Shown here in pieces: positions 63,401 through 64,000 of a stretch of DNA of 64,000 nucleotides. The notes beneath the pieces were generated by a model that worked only from the letters and a program-made list of their open reading frames with translations, was not told where the DNA came from and made no database searches. Both the position numbers and the translations under genes were made by a program. Position 1 is the first letter of the stretch; each line of letters starts with the position of its first letter. Source of the DNA: Octopus sinensis (taxonomy: Eukaryota); the NCBI RefSeq assembly GCF_006345805.1, contig NC_043014.1, forward strand, positions 15,810,001-15,874,000, read 5' to 3'.

Positions 63401-64000
63401 AATCTGAAATGTTATTCTTTGCAGCGGTTTTCCACTGCTCAGAGAACGAGAGATTTTACGCTGTCGCTCGACTCGCTAGAAATAGCAGATAAATTTTCAC
63501 CTCGCCACCCTATCATCTTAAAAAAATAATGAAAAAAGAACACCTTGAATAAAGTAGTGCTAGATATACTGAGTAGAAATAAAAGACGGTATGGTCTAAA
63601 CATCATTGTTTTCGTGAAGTCCCATGTCAGCCCTAAGCAAGCAGACGTATGATTCGTGATATTCGAGCCGTGATCATCTCGTCTTATGCTCAAAAAAGTA
63701 TTCTCTGAGTTGCCATTATCCAACTAGTTTTATTTTCAGGCAGAAAGTGTGCTTTGAGGAAGAATTGCTTACTACTTCTAACTTGTCGAGTCATCACGTA
63801 GATGTTTCCTCGTTGAAAATTTAGTATCGATGGCAGCAAGAATTGTTAAACTACTCAGTAATTTTACCATGAAAATTTAACATTCTGTACATTGTTCACT
63901 CACTTTCTGCAGGTGTGTCGGGCAAGCAGAGCTATTGATTTTGTTCGATTAATTATTGACAAAGGCAGAAGCTTTATGAATGACAAAAAAAAATGCTTCA

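Overview
AT-rich, microsatellite-dense eukaryotic DNA made up mostly of transposable elements. The repeat families and the (TA)n/(TATC)n/(AAT)n landscape suggest a coleoid cephalopod, probably Octopus; this is my inference, not a database result. I cannot support any host protein-coding gene. Almost all ORFs in the supplied track are translated microsatellites or TE fragments, so the window is probably intergenic or deep intronic. Identifiable content: two Penelope-like element (PLE) fragments (Penelope/Poseidon type at ~0.5-1.85 kb, +; Neptune type at ~12.3-13.6 kb, -); several RTE-clade LINEs, including a young 5'-truncated copy with a PHD-like finger at 23.0-25.7 kb; restriction-like-endonuclease (R4/Dong-type) remnants; an L1/Tx1 3' end; mariner, Tc1 and hAT remnants and MITEs; dozens of tRNA-derived SINEs, some in head-to-tail arrays; two decayed tRNA-like genes; a near-identical 1.2-kb tandem duplication; and several long fold-back palindromes. 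The most interesting signal is four unrelated minimal type-I hammerhead ribozyme (HHR) motifs, three with non-canonical cores (A3-U8 or C4). One sits in the tail of a composite tRNA-headed SINE that has an inverted 5' copy of its own tail and a 10-bp target duplication. This is a candidate Penelope-mobilised, ribozyme-carrying SINE.
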